NCBI GenBank assembly: GCA_003402745.1
Contig: QQND01000005.1
Location: 1,357-65,356 of the forward strand
Direction of reading: 5' to 3'
DNA: 64,000 bases
From: Verrucomicrobiota bacterium
GTDB lineage: Bacteria > Verrucomicrobiota > Verrucomicrobiia > Chthoniobacterales > Chthoniobacteraceae
The translations under genes were made by a program, and so were the position numbers. The notes below the pieces were generated by a model, which had not been told where the DNA came from, did no database searches, and saw only the letters and a list, made by a program, of their open reading frames with translations. Below are positions 9,880 to 19,471 of this stretch, one piece after another. How positions within the stretch are numbered: position 1 is the stretch's first letter; every line of letters begins with the position of its first letter.

Positions 9880-10260
9880 ATGGCCAATAAGCAAATGTCT
9901 GAAATAAAAATCAGGCAGACCAAAACAAGCACGCTCCAAGGATCCTCCGGCGAGATCACCGATTCCGCGCTCTTTCTCTCCGAGAAAATTGACGAATACC
10001 TTTTCAAGCTGGGCTGCTCCAGCGCCCACACTCTTGGCGTGGTCACCCAGTTGCTCAACGTCGGAAAAATCCGCCTCGATTTCCGCGATTACAACGAACG
10101 CCTGCAACTCATCAACGCCGCAGACGCTATGTCCCGCACGGATGCGATGAGCCTGACGGAGGCCTATCTTGGCTCAGTGCAGACCCAGAGCCACCCACCA
10201 AACGACTTGGATTTGACCCAAAAAGTGATCATCCAAGCCCCAAAAAGAAGCGGCTTCTAA
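9880..10260 (+). CDS. Hypothetical protein (126 aa)
   Basis: ATG-initiated ORF directly downstream of an AT-rich stretch (9740..9900). No motif recognised. Confidence 0.35.
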   Translation: MANKQMSEIKIRQTKTSTLQGSSGEITDSALFLSEKIDEYLFKLGCSSAHTLGVVTQLLNVGKIRLDFRDYNERLQLINAADAMSRTDAMSLTEAYLGSVQTQSHPPNDLDLTQKVIIQAPKRSGF

Positions 10261-10377
10261 AGCTTTCCTTAAAGCTGCGGGCCCATCCTTTCTCCGTACA
10301 GAGCCAGCGGAGCGGGGTGCAAGTTTTCCAAGAGCGCTACAGACCGGGGACTGCGCCGCGCCCTTCAAGCGCGGCCA

Positions 10378-11448
10378 CTAGATTTTCACGCCAAAGCGTT
10401 CCCCAGCCTTTACGTTCAGAGCGAAGGCGGCCAGAAGTTCAGCCGTCTGCTCGAGATCCGAGAACTGAATCATTTCCACAGGGGAATGCATATAGCGGTT
10501 GGGGACCCCGAGGGAAACAGTGGGAATCCCCCCCTTCTGTTTGAAGATCTCATCGGCGTCCGTCCCGCTCCAACGCGGATTAGCTTCCGACTGGAGGGGA
10601 ATGCCCTCCTTCTTACCCACCTCGCGCAACCGGGAGTTGACCACGGGGTGGTTAACGCTTCCAAGGCTCAGCACGGGACCCTTCCCCATGGCCACATCCC
10701 CGTGCTTGGGTTTTGAACAGTTCGGAATGTCTGTCGCATGCGTGACGTCCACGACAAGCGCCACATCCGGATGCACCCGGTATCCTGCCATCGCGGCGCC
10801 GTAGAGACCGTTTTCCTCTTGGATCGTCGACACCGCCACGATCCGGCATTTGAGCTTCTTTGCTTTGCGCGAGGCAAGACGCAACCCCTCTGCCGCGGCC
10901 CAAGCACCGATCCGGTTGTCGCACCCCCGCGCGGCAAACTTCCCACCCGCCAGCTCTTGGAACCCCGCCGAGTAGGTCACCGGATCGCCGATTCTCACCA
11001 GTTTTTCCGCCTCTTCCCGCGAGCCCACGCCCAGGTCGACATACATTAAGTGCATTTCCGGCACCTTGTTCCTGTCATCAGGTTCCTGCAGATGAATCGC
11101 AAGCAACCCGGTGACCCCCGGCACCGGCCCGTCGGCCCCGTGGACTGTCACGCGCTGGCCCCGGATCAAAGTCCGGTCCACACCGCCAATTCCCTTGAAG
11201 TAAAGAAAACCCTCCTCCGAAATAAACGAAACCATCAGCCCCAGTTCATCCACATGCCCGCTGAAAAGAATCGTAGGGTCCCCCTCAGGATTGAGTGTGG
11301 CAAAGGCGTTCCCGTAAGCATCCGTCTCCACGCTGTCCGCAAACTGGCTCACATAGTCGACCCATACCTTCTGACCCCGGGTTTCAAAGCCAGAGGGCGA
11401 GGGGGTTTCAAGCAGGGTTTTGAGAAATTCGTACGGGGTGGTTTTCAT
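10378..11448 (-). CDS. M42-family metallopeptidase (FrvX/YsdC-type aminopeptidase/endoglucanase-like)
   Basis: 'LLETPSPSGFE', 'FSGHVDELGLMV', 'RGCDNRIG', 'TIQEENGLYGA' and 'HSPVEM' are laid out as in M42 peptidases. Confidence 0.85.
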   Translation of the reverse strand: MKTTPYEFLKTLLETPSPSGFETRGQKVWVDYVSQFADSVETDAYGNAFATLNPEGDPTILFSGHVDELGLMVSFISEEGFLYFKGIGGVDRTLIRGQRVTVHGADGPVPGVTGLLAIHLQEPDDRNKVPEMHLMYVDLGVGSREEAEKLVRIGDPVTYSAGFQELAGGKFAARGCDNRIGAWAAAEGLRLASRKAKKLKCRIVAVSTIQEENGLYGAAMAGYRVHPDVALVVDVTHATDIPNCSKPKHGDVAMGKGPVLSLGSVNHPVVNSRLREVGKKEGIPLQSEANPRWSGTDADEIFKQKGGIPTVSLGVPNRYMHSPVEMIQFSDLEQTAELLAAFALNVKAGERFGVKI

Positions 11449-11628
11449 GAAAAAATGTTTCCGGGCGACAGACTTCCAAAATCGCGGAGTCCATCGCTTG
11501 CACTCTAAAAAGCCGTGGCTGAGAAGAACTGTCTAATATATTTATCTCCGAACCCTGAAGCTTTCAAGAAAGCCAGAAGTCCGGCTTAAAAAAGGCGCTC
11601 CGTCCCCCCTTATCCCCTAAAAAATCCG

Positions 11629-12987
11629 ATGCCCAACCAAAAACTAAGCCGCTTCACCCTGTGGGCATGCCTCGGCGCCAGTCTTCTCCTCCCTCCCGGA
11701 CCGCGGCTCGCTCAGGCACAGCAGGGCGCCGCCCCGGCACCAAACGGACCATTACGCACCTGGACCACCAGCGACGGACGCCTCTTCCAAGCCACCTACA
11801 TCAATGCGGACAGCACCCGTGTCGCCCTCCGAATGCCGGATGGAAAAACAACCGTCCTTCCACTCAAGTCACTCGGTGCGGAGGACCAGGCTTTTGTGCA
11901 AACCAAGGCAAAGGCGGGCGCTCCCGCCGCGGCGCCGCCACAAAACGCGCCGAACAAACAGCCCCTCCTTGCACCCGCACAAAAAAGAATCTGGCCCGAA
12001 AAGGCGATTCCCGAGGAATCCGCCCTCAACGTGCAGCAAGTCCCGGAAAGTCCTTCCATCAAGGGGTACCTGTATCGTTCAAAAAGTTTTGAATTCAACG
12101 CCTCTGAAAAACTCGCCGGCTCCGTGATTAAGGAAATCGCCCGCACCTTTGAAGCCACCCGCACCCTCACCCAAGTTTTGCCCTGGGGAATCCAACCGCA
12201 GCCTCCCGCCGATTTCGGCTACTACCGCGCCCAGCTCTACGCCGACCGCGCCGGATACCTTCAGGACGGCGGCCTCAAAAACTCAGGCGGAGCCTATTTT
12301 CCAAGATCAAAAATCTTTAAAGTTCCCTTCGAAAGCCTCGGCTTAGAGCGACGCGCCAAAACGTGGTTCAAAAACCCTGAGTACAACAGCGAAACCATCG
12401 TGCACGAAGTGACTCATCAAATGATGGATGAGTTCCTTCCCTTTCTGCCCATTTGGATCATCGAGGGGACGGCGGAATACACCTCCATGTTGCCCTTTCA
12501 AAGCGGCGCTTTCGCCTGTAGCTCTCACGAACGCGGCATCAAAGAGTACGTCAAAAACTACCAAAACCGCACGCGCAGCACGCTTTTTGAGACCAGCTCT
12601 CTTTCCGAACTGATGGCAATGACCTTGCAGGACTGGCATGCGCGCTCCGACACCGGAGCCAAGGACCAGGCCCGCCTGTATTTCTCCTCCTGCCTCCTTG
12701 TTTATTTCTTCTGCCACCTCGATGGCGACGGTCGCGGAACCGCGTTTCTGCAATACCTCGATCAAATCCGCGCCGCCCGCGACGCCTGGGTATCTTTTCT
12801 AAATAACCCCGAAGTGCGCCGGAATGCAGACGGCACAATCTCCTGCCCCTCAGGCATGACTCCGCCCTCGCAGGCCCGCTCGGAAGCCTATGGGCTCGAA
12901 CAAGGAACCCTGCTCCGCGGAAACCGCGACGAAGCACAACTCAAAAAGCAATTCTCGGAGGCCTTCAAAAAAATCGGCGTTCGCTAA
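11629..12987 (+). CDS. Secreted SHD1-domain + DUF1570-like putative Zn-metallopeptidase
   Basis: Signal peptide. SHD1-like 'RTWTTSDGRLFQATYINADSTRVALRMPDGKTTVLPLKSLGAEDQAFV'. HExxH 'VHEVTHQMM' followed by 'WIIEGTAEY', as in DUF1570 / peptidase-MA-like proteins. Confidence 0.65.
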   Translation: MPNQKLSRFTLWACLGASLLLPPGPRLAQAQQGAAPAPNGPLRTWTTSDGRLFQATYINADSTRVALRMPDGKTTVLPLKSLGAEDQAFVQTKAKAGAPAAAPPQNAPNKQPLLAPAQKRIWPEKAIPEESALNVQQVPESPSIKGYLYRSKSFEFNASEKLAGSVIKEIARTFEATRTLTQVLPWGIQPQPPADFGYYRAQLYADRAGYLQDGGLKNSGGAYFPRSKIFKVPFESLGLERRAKTWFKNPEYNSETIVHEVTHQMMDEFLPFLPIWIIEGTAEYTSMLPFQSGAFACSSHERGIKEYVKNYQNRTRSTLFETSSLSELMAMTLQDWHARSDTGAKDQARLYFSSCLLVYFFCHLDGDGRGTAFLQYLDQIRAARDAWVSFLNNPEVRRNADGTISCPSGMTPPSQARSEAYGLEQGTLLRGNRDEAQLKKQFSEAFKKIGVR

Positions 12988-13074
12988 CCCAGCAACGCGA
13001 GCGGCGCCACGCGCAAGGCTCAGGAATCGAAAACCCTTCCCCCAGGCTCGGGCCCCCAACCCAAGGACCTTTTT

Positions 13075-13375
13075 TGGGTTGCCATGGCCGCAGGATGTCC
13101 ACGACCGCGGGGGGCAGTCCGATGAGTTCCTCCAAAGGTGTGGACGTTTTCCAGGGGCGTTTGCCTTGCGCCAGAGCGACTGGAAGAATGGCGGGGAGTT
13201 TCGCGGGCGAGGGATGTTCTTGGGCGAAGCGTTCCCAGATGCGCAGAATGTAGGTGAGCAGGCTCAGGGCCATGCGCGGGTCCTCGGAGCTTTGGTGCTC
13301 GAAGAGCAGATATAGGAAGGCGCGGGCGTTCTCAGGGAAGGAGAAGGTGGCCTTCAGGAGCTTGTCGTTGGGTTG
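13075..13375 (-). pseudogene. Remnant of an Rpn/YhgA-like (PD-(D/E)xK, transposase_31-type) recombination-promoting nuclease
   Basis: Within ORF 12965..13510: 'NDKLLKATFSFPENARAFL' abuts 'YLLFEHQSSEDPRMALSLLTYILRIWERF...LPAILPVALAQGKRPW'. The segment that normally separates these blocks and the C-terminal half are missing. The ORF ends overlap both neighbouring genes. Confidence 0.6.
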
Positions 13376-13515
13376 CTGGATGGGATCCTCGGCCCCGGAA
13401 AAGGAAGGTGAGACTTGAGCGAGTGCGCGTGGATATCCAAGGACTCGGATACTGCGGGGCCTAAGGTCGTGAGGAAGGCAGGTTTGCGGTTGACTATGGG
13501 CATCATGCATTTAGG

Positions 13516-16500
13516 GTGGCGTGTATGAGGCAATGGTCGCTCACCCTGCACGACCCGACGGGTATCCTTACTCAGTTTGAATCTGGGGAGGCGCAGTTCG
13601 TCGTTGGCTCGGAGGCGGCGGGGGATGTGCTGCGTGTGGTGGCAGAGGGTGTGGCGCCTCGGCATGTGCGTGTGCGGCTCGCTAGCGAGCGCATGCAGGT
13701 GGAGGACCTCGGCACCGATCTTGGGACGCTTGTGAACGGGAACGCTATCGAGGGGCGCGTGGAGTTCGAGTATCCCGCGTCAGTGCAATTTGGGAAGGTG
13801 ACGCTGGTGGTGGAGGCCAAAATGGAGAAAGCGCAGGAGGCGCCAGACCCTTCGCTTGCGGAGACGATTCCTCAGCGAGGGGTGAGGCAAAGTGCCACGA
13901 GTTTGGATGTCACGAAACCGCAGCGGCCTCGTCGGGAGATGGAGACGCGCAGATCAGGTAATCCGGTGGCTGCACCATCTGAGAACGAGGCGCCCCTGGC
14001 CGGCAAGTATACGCTTGTGCGTGAGATCGCGCGCGGTGGGATGGGGCAAATTTTCCTCGCAGAGGATCCGCAGTTGAAGCGGCAGGTGGCGGTGAAGGTG
14101 AGTAGCTTGAGCTATGGAGGCGAAGACCCCCGCTTCTCCAAGGAGGCTGCGGTGCTCGCTCATTTGGCGCACCCGAACATCGTGCCGATTTACAACCTCG
14201 GAGTGGATGCGCAGCGCCGCCCGTTTTACTCGATGAAGTTGGTGAAGGGGCGCACGCTGCAGGCGGTCCTCGACGCTATTCGGGACGGAGATGCAGTGGT
14301 GGCGCGGGAGTATCCGCGCGCGGCGCTGCTGACGGTTTTCCGCAAGGTGTGTGATGCGATGGCGTTTGCTCACAGCAAGGGTGTGTTACACCGGGACTTG
14401 AAGCCTGAGAACATCATGGTGGGGGAGTATGGAGAGGTGTTGGTGATGGATTGGGGGCTTGCGAAGGTGCTTGGAGAGGCGGATTTGAAGGGAGTGGCGA
14501 GGTCGGTTGCATCAGATACGCGTGATTCCGGGATGACTATGGAGGGAGAGGTGATGGGCACCCCGCAGTACATGTCGCCGGAGCAGGCGGAGGGGATGGT
14601 GGCTGAACTGGATGTGCGTTCTGACATCTATTCGCTGGGAGGAATTTTGTACGCGATTCTGACGCTGCGTCCGCCGATTGACGGGACCACTTTAAACGAG
14701 GTGCTCACGAAGGTGAGGAAGGGCGAGATCAGCTCTATGCTCAGCAAGCGCCGGGGTTCGGGTTCCCTCGGAGAAGCGACGCCTGCGGTTATGGATGAGG
14801 AGGTGCCTGAGGCTTTGCGCGGTGTCACGTTGAAGGCGATGGCGCGCGAGCGTTCCAAACGTTACGCGCGCGCGGAAGAGTTTGCGGCGGACCTTGAGGC
14901 GTACCAGAACGGGTTTGCGACCACCGCCCTTCAAGTGGGTGCGTTTGGGCACTTGATCCTGCTCATGAAGCGCAACAGGGGGATCACGATTTCCATTGCG
15001 ACGGCGCTCTGTGCGATTTTTGCACTCTCCTCCTGGTTTGTTCTCAGTCTGAGGACGAAAGAACGCGTAGCCACCCGTGCTGCCGAGGTTGCGGAGATTG
15101 AAAAGGACAAGGCCGTCCAGGCGGAGCGCCAGGCACAAGCTTCGTTTGCAAAAGCGCAAATTGCTCTCGCAGAGGCCTCTTTTCGGTCCGGGGATTTCCC
15201 GGAAATGAGCAAGGCGCTTCATCTTTGCCCCGAGGAAATGCGCGACCAAACCTGGGAGTATCTCGCCTCAAAGAGCGACAGTTCCATGGGTGTGCTCAAG
15301 TTTTCCGAACTCGACAAGCCGACACTGGTGCGAGCTGTGCCGGGCGAGGCGGGGCAGTTCGCATTGGCAACATTGGGCGGTGATATTGGATTCGTGCAGG
15401 CAGGGACTGGCAAATTGTTGCGCAAATTCAAGACGGCCAAAGGTCTGAGTAATTTTGTGTTTTCTGGCGACGGACGGCTCTTTGCCGTGCTCATCGGGGG
15501 AAAGGAACTCCGGATTTACAACACGAAGACCGGTGAACCCCAGGGCAGCATGACCCTTCCCGAAGCGCCTTTGACCCTCAGCGTTGGGCAGGCTGAGCCG
15601 CTTGCGCTGAATGAAAACGGCACCGTTTTGGCTGCGATTGTCACAACCAGTGATGCAAAACCGGTTCGAAGACTGCAGTTAATCGACGTTCCCTCCTGCC
15701 TTGTCCGTTGGTATTTTGATTCGCCCGGTTTGAATGCGGTGCAATTTCATCCGGACGGGACCCGACTGCATGTGATCGCCGGAGGGGCAAGTCGTTATAG
15801 CTGGATTTTTGATGCTGCGAGTGGGAAGAAACTCAGCGAGTCGCGTGTATTTGCTTTGTGTCAGGCCTTGCACCCTGACGGCAAATCTGTGGCTGTTGGC
15901 ACGCAGGAAGGCGAAGTCTTGATCATTGACACTGCGAGCGGGGCTGTTTTGCGGAATGCGAAACTCCATTCCGGAAGATTAATCTCGCTAGCATGGACCG
16001 CGGACGGTCATCTGCTCACGGTGGGCACCGAGGGAAAGCATTATGACACGCGGTGGTTATTTAAACTCTGGGCGCCCAGAACCTTTGCGCTTCGAGCCGT
16101 GTTCGCCGGGCTGGAGCCTAAAGAACCCGTGCAATGGGGCTATGATCCTCTGAGTGGATACTTGGTGACCCTTGAAAACCCATGCAGGCTGTGGCGCATA
16201 CCAGCCGGGCGCGAACTCGCCAGGCTCAAAAATGGTTCTGAAACTGGTTACTCCGGAGATTTTCTTTCCGAAACAATCCTTCTCGGCCGCCAGGGGTGGG
16301 GGCTGACGCTTTACGAGCTCGGTCAGCAGATGCAGCTCAGCAAAATCAAGAATATCCCCGACTGGAAGGAACGGTTTTGCGCGGTCCACCAAAAAAGTGG
16401 ATTGTTTGCCATCAGCGGCGTCGAGGCTCCCATTCAGATTCGCCTCTTATCGCTGGATGCAGGAGCCGTTAAGACTCATTTTTCAAAACCCATTCCCAGC

Positions 16501-17133
16501 GCTCTGTCAGATTTGTGCTTCAACGATCAAGGGAACACTCTTGCGGCAACGTTGACTGGGGGTTCGATCCAGACGCTTGCCGTACCCTCCGGGGAATTGC
16601 GGCTGCAGATGCCCGGCAAATTTCAAAAAGCGATTTTCGCAGGTCCGGGCGATCAACTCATCGCCTCACAGGCAAATCTGGAGAAGCGCGATTTCGTTGA
16701 GTATCTGGTGCAGCAATTGGACGGAACCACCGGTGCTATATTAAAGTCTGTTTCGGTTCGGTTTAAAGTTCAGGCTCTTGCACGCTCCCCTGACCATAGC
16801 CTCTTCGCGGTGGCGGGGGTCGACCGGAGTATTTATTTTTTCAACCCTGAAACATTGGAGGCTCAGGGTGCGTTTCGTGCCCACGATGACGAGATTGGAG
16901 CCCTTGCTTTTCATCCGTCGCTTCCGATCCTTGCCAGCGCTTCCTCGGATGGTTCGGTCAAATTGTGGAATTACAAAAACAAGAAACTCTTGGATCACTT
17001 CATCGGTCTTGCCGGCGCTCCTGTGGCATTGGCCTTTAGCCCCAAGGGAAATCTTCTCTTGGCAGAGGCTCAGGAGGATACGACGCGACTTTACGATGTC
17101 AGTCATTTGAGTGCCGCAAAGTCTCCCGAATGA
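13516..17133 (+). CDS. FHA domain + Ser/Thr protein kinase + TM + WD40 beta-propeller protein
   Basis: FHA-like N-terminus. Hanks kinase motifs 'GGMGQIF', 'VAVKV', 'HRDLKPENIMV', 'DWGLAK' and 'GTPQYMSPEQ'. Hydrophobic segment 'ITISIATALCAIFALSSWFVL'. WD40-like 'AHDDEIGALAFHPSLPILASASSDGSVKLWN'. The start could be GTG 13516 or ATG 13525. Confidence 0.9.
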   Translation: MACMRQWSLTLHDPTGILTQFESGEAQFVVGSEAAGDVLRVVAEGVAPRHVRVRLASERMQVEDLGTDLGTLVNGNAIEGRVEFEYPASVQFGKVTLVVEAKMEKAQEAPDPSLAETIPQRGVRQSATSLDVTKPQRPRREMETRRSGNPVAAPSENEAPLAGKYTLVREIARGGMGQIFLAEDPQLKRQVAVKVSSLSYGGEDPRFSKEAAVLAHLAHPNIVPIYNLGVDAQRRPFYSMKLVKGRTLQAVLDAIRDGDAVVAREYPRAALLTVFRKVCDAMAFAHSKGVLHRDLKPENIMVGEYGEVLVMDWGLAKVLGEADLKGVARSVASDTRDSGMTMEGEVMGTPQYMSPEQAEGMVAELDVRSDIYSLGGILYAILTLRPPIDGTTLNEVLTKVRKGEISSMLSKRRGSGSLGEATPAVMDEEVPEALRGVTLKAMARERSKRYARAEEFAADLEAYQNGFATTALQVGAFGHLILLMKRNRGITISIATALCAIFALSSWFVLSLRTKERVATRAAEVAEIEKDKAVQAERQAQASFAKAQIALAEASFRSGDFPEMSKALHLCPEEMRDQTWEYLASKSDSSMGVLKFSELDKPTLVRAVPGEAGQFALATLGGDIGFVQAGTGKLLRKFKTAKGLSNFVFSGDGRLFAVLIGGKELRIYNTKTGEPQGSMTLPEAPLTLSVGQAEPLALNENGTVLAAIVTTSDAKPVRRLQLIDVPSCLVRWYFDSPGLNAVQFHPDGTRLHVIAGGASRYSWIFDAASGKKLSESRVFALCQALHPDGKSVAVGTQEGEVLIIDTASGAVLRNAKLHSGRLISLAWTADGHLLTVGTEGKHYDTRWLFKLWAPRTFALRAVFAGLEPKEPVQWGYDPLSGYLVTLENPCRLWRIPAGRELARLKNGSETGYSGDFLSETILLGRQGWGLTLYELGQQMQLSKIKNIPDWKERFCAVHQKSGLFAISGVEAPIQIRLLSLDAGAVKTHFSKPIPSALSDLCFNDQGNTLAATLTGGSIQTLAVPSGELRLQMPGKFQKAIFAGPGDQLIASQANLEKRDFVEYLVQQLDGTTGAILKSVSVRFKVQALARSPDHSLFAVAGVDRSIYFFNPETLEAQGAFRAHDDEIGALAFHPSLPILASASSDGSVKLWNYKNKKLLDHFIGLAGAPVALAFSPKGNLLLAEAQEDTTRLYDVSHLSAAKSPE

Positions 17134-17184
17134 GGCACCTGAAATTTTATCATCAGCATTTACTCCCTTTTAACCCCGCTTTGT

Positions 17185-19134
17185 ATGTTTATGAATCCCC
17201 CCTTCGTATCGCGCATGAAACGATGCGCGGTTTTCAGTTTCATCGTTTGCCTGAACAGCGCCGCGCTTTGCGTAGAAAATGCAGATTCTGTGATAGGTTC
17301 TTACCGGCGTCTTCCGGCAGAAAACGCGTGGCATGAGGGATCCATTTCCATAAAAACGGATAGCGATGAAGCGCTGTTGGAATGGAAAAACAAGGCGGGC
17401 GTTCGCTGGAATCTGATTCCGGATTGGGAAAAGGGCGTTCTAAACACGGACCAAGGCAACCCTTATTTTAAAAAGGGCGGAACGGAATTTAGACTGGAAA
17501 AGGAAGACGGAAAAATCATCGGGTTTGTGTTTAATTCCGACGTGTTTTATCGGGATCTTCCCGGCGGTGCAAAGGTCAGGATTCCCCAAAAATCGGGTGG
17601 ATTAAAAGGATACATCTCAATGCGTTTGGGCGCAGTTCCGGCGGGCTATGGTTACGGAGTCAGTTTTTATGTGCCCGCCTGGCCTTTGCTGGAGAAACCG
17701 CTGGCAGGCTTTCAGGTCGGGCTCCCCTCGACCTGGATTAAACCCGAGAATTCGGATTTCAAACAACCTCTCTGCCCTCCTGGAACCGTCGCGCGGGATC
17801 GGTGGCCTGAGCGCGGCCCGTATTACCGGGATGTTTTTCAAACCATCGAGGGCGGGTTGGGGTTTTGGGTGAGCACGCAGTTTGGAGCAGGAGCACCCAA
17901 GTACCGCATCAACGGGACTCCAAATGGTTACAATCATGAGATTTCCTCGCCGGGATGGGGGTTTGGCCGCACCACACCGCTGGCTGCGAAGGAGATGGGA
18001 ATCGCGCAGCTCAGCAATCGGTTGCTCCTGCCTCCTGATGGCCTGACCTTTAAGGCGGGCGCTGCTGGGGAGCTTCTAGGCAATGCGTGGATGGCTCTTC
18101 CCTTGACCAAAGCCAAGCAAAAGGACGGCGTGTCTACAGGCGAGCGCAGTTGGACGCTGTTCTTAAATGCCGAAAATTTCAAAGGCCCCGTTGCCTGTTG
18201 GATTCCTGAAACTTGGAGTCGCTTGTCGCAGAATTACCGCGAGATCGACGGACGCGGCTTGGACGCGCGCCCGGGGCTCATGAGCGGCGGCGCGATGGAA
18301 GTAAATACAGTGCCTTATCTTGAAGCGAGCGACTCCCTTGGGGTCAGGTATACGCGGGTTCCTCGCTTGCAATTCCCGGTCAATGAACGGGGGGAGTCGG
18401 TGTTAATGCAGGATGTCGTGATGTACTCTGAGGAGGCCTTGTTCAAAGCCGTTAAGACCACTGCCGCGGGCGCTCACAATAAAAGTTTGTCGTGGAAATT
18501 TCACCCGAACGCCGGGTTTCATCCCACCGTGCAAGCGAACCCACTCGTGCTCAAGCAGGGCGGCGATAACCTTCTGTTGAGTGGCATTGAGGCGTTTGTA
18601 CGGACGGAATTGCTCGATAGCGAAAAAGCTCAGATTTTTGGGTTAAAATGGAAGCAGGCTGAAAAGTGGGCGGCATTGCCGGAGTATTACCGGCAGGAGG
18701 GAGGCAAAATGGTGGCAGTGGCTGAAAATGCCGTTCCGCCGGAAACAGGGCTCACCAAGCAATCATTCCGAGCCGCGGGAAAAGGGCGGGCCTACACTTC
18801 GCCGCATCAAGGTGGCGGTGAATGGATTCAACCTGGTCCAAAGGCTGGGCCATTCAAAGTCTCCCTGAGTGATGGATCTGTTGTCACCTACGCTTGGTAC
18901 CGTTTTGTCGACCAGCCCTCCATTCGGGCAGCCGACTTGAGCGAGTCGGAACGGAACGCGGTGCAGGCGTTGATTGAGGGCTTACACGCGCAGTGGGCAG
19001 TGACGGACGAGTACCTTCCGGCGCCGAGCAGAGGGAAGTTGGTGGAGCTGGATTCCGGCTTAAAAGTCCACCCTCCGAAGGGGCTGGAAGTGGGGTACGT
19101 GCCGATCGTGATTACTCAAGAGGCACAGCCGTAA
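17185..19134 (+). CDS. Secreted protein of unknown function (about 640 aa)
   Basis: Long ORF with coding-like composition. The likely start is ATG 17215 (MKRCAVFSFIVCLNSAALC, a signal peptide). No family recognised. Confidence 0.6.
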   Translation: MFMNPPFVSRMKRCAVFSFIVCLNSAALCVENADSVIGSYRRLPAENAWHEGSISIKTDSDEALLEWKNKAGVRWNLIPDWEKGVLNTDQGNPYFKKGGTEFRLEKEDGKIIGFVFNSDVFYRDLPGGAKVRIPQKSGGLKGYISMRLGAVPAGYGYGVSFYVPAWPLLEKPLAGFQVGLPSTWIKPENSDFKQPLCPPGTVARDRWPERGPYYRDVFQTIEGGLGFWVSTQFGAGAPKYRINGTPNGYNHEISSPGWGFGRTTPLAAKEMGIAQLSNRLLLPPDGLTFKAGAAGELLGNAWMALPLTKAKQKDGVSTGERSWTLFLNAENFKGPVACWIPETWSRLSQNYREIDGRGLDARPGLMSGGAMEVNTVPYLEASDSLGVRYTRVPRLQFPVNERGESVLMQDVVMYSEEALFKAVKTTAAGAHNKSLSWKFHPNAGFHPTVQANPLVLKQGGDNLLLSGIEAFVRTELLDSEKAQIFGLKWKQAEKWAALPEYYRQEGGKMVAVAENAVPPETGLTKQSFRAAGKGRAYTSPHQGGGEWIQPGPKAGPFKVSLSDGSVVTYAWYRFVDQPSIRAADLSESERNAVQALIEGLHAQWAVTDEYLPAPSRGKLVELDSGLKVHPPKGLEVGYVPIVITQEAQP

Positions 19135-19471
19135 AAAGGCACTGTGCAGTCTGTGGTTAGAACAGGAGGGAATGAAGGATAGCGGTACGCTTTGCAGGTG
19201 CCTTCCATAGCGCCGCCTAGACACTGGGTCGCTCAAGGGGAAGCGGTGCCAGACACGGGATTACGCGAACATCCAGTGGCATCTGAGAATGGAGGCGATC
19301 GCACCCGTGGCGTCGGCGATGAGGCCCGTTGCTAGGGCATTCCGGCTCCCGCGGATCCTTAGCTCATACATTAGCCTCGTCTCCCTACCCAAAAGCTCTA
19401 TAAAACCAGTTCGATTTTCACATCCCGGCCCAACCCGCCGCCCTCCACTCATCCCCCGAACCCAAATACCA

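Noticed and set aside
10355-10375. GC hairpin GCCGCGC-ccttcaa-GCGCGGC between convergent genes
   Set aside because: A 7-bp stem with no flanking T- or A-tract on either strand, so it cannot be supported as an intrinsic terminator.
12965-13510. 181-aa ORF as an intact CDS
   Set aside because: Homology blocks of the Rpn/YhgA family are fused with the middle missing, the C-terminal half is absent, and both ends overlap neighbouring genes. Called a pseudogene remnant instead.
19135-19471. Possible cobalamin riboswitch upstream of the MFS transporter (AGGGAA, GGGAAGCGGTGCC, CCAGTGG-like strings)
   Set aside because: The pieces are in the wrong spacing and order. I could not find the B12 box or the GGTGAAAATCC-type core. 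A transporter of this type gives no functional reason. An Rfam scan would settle it.
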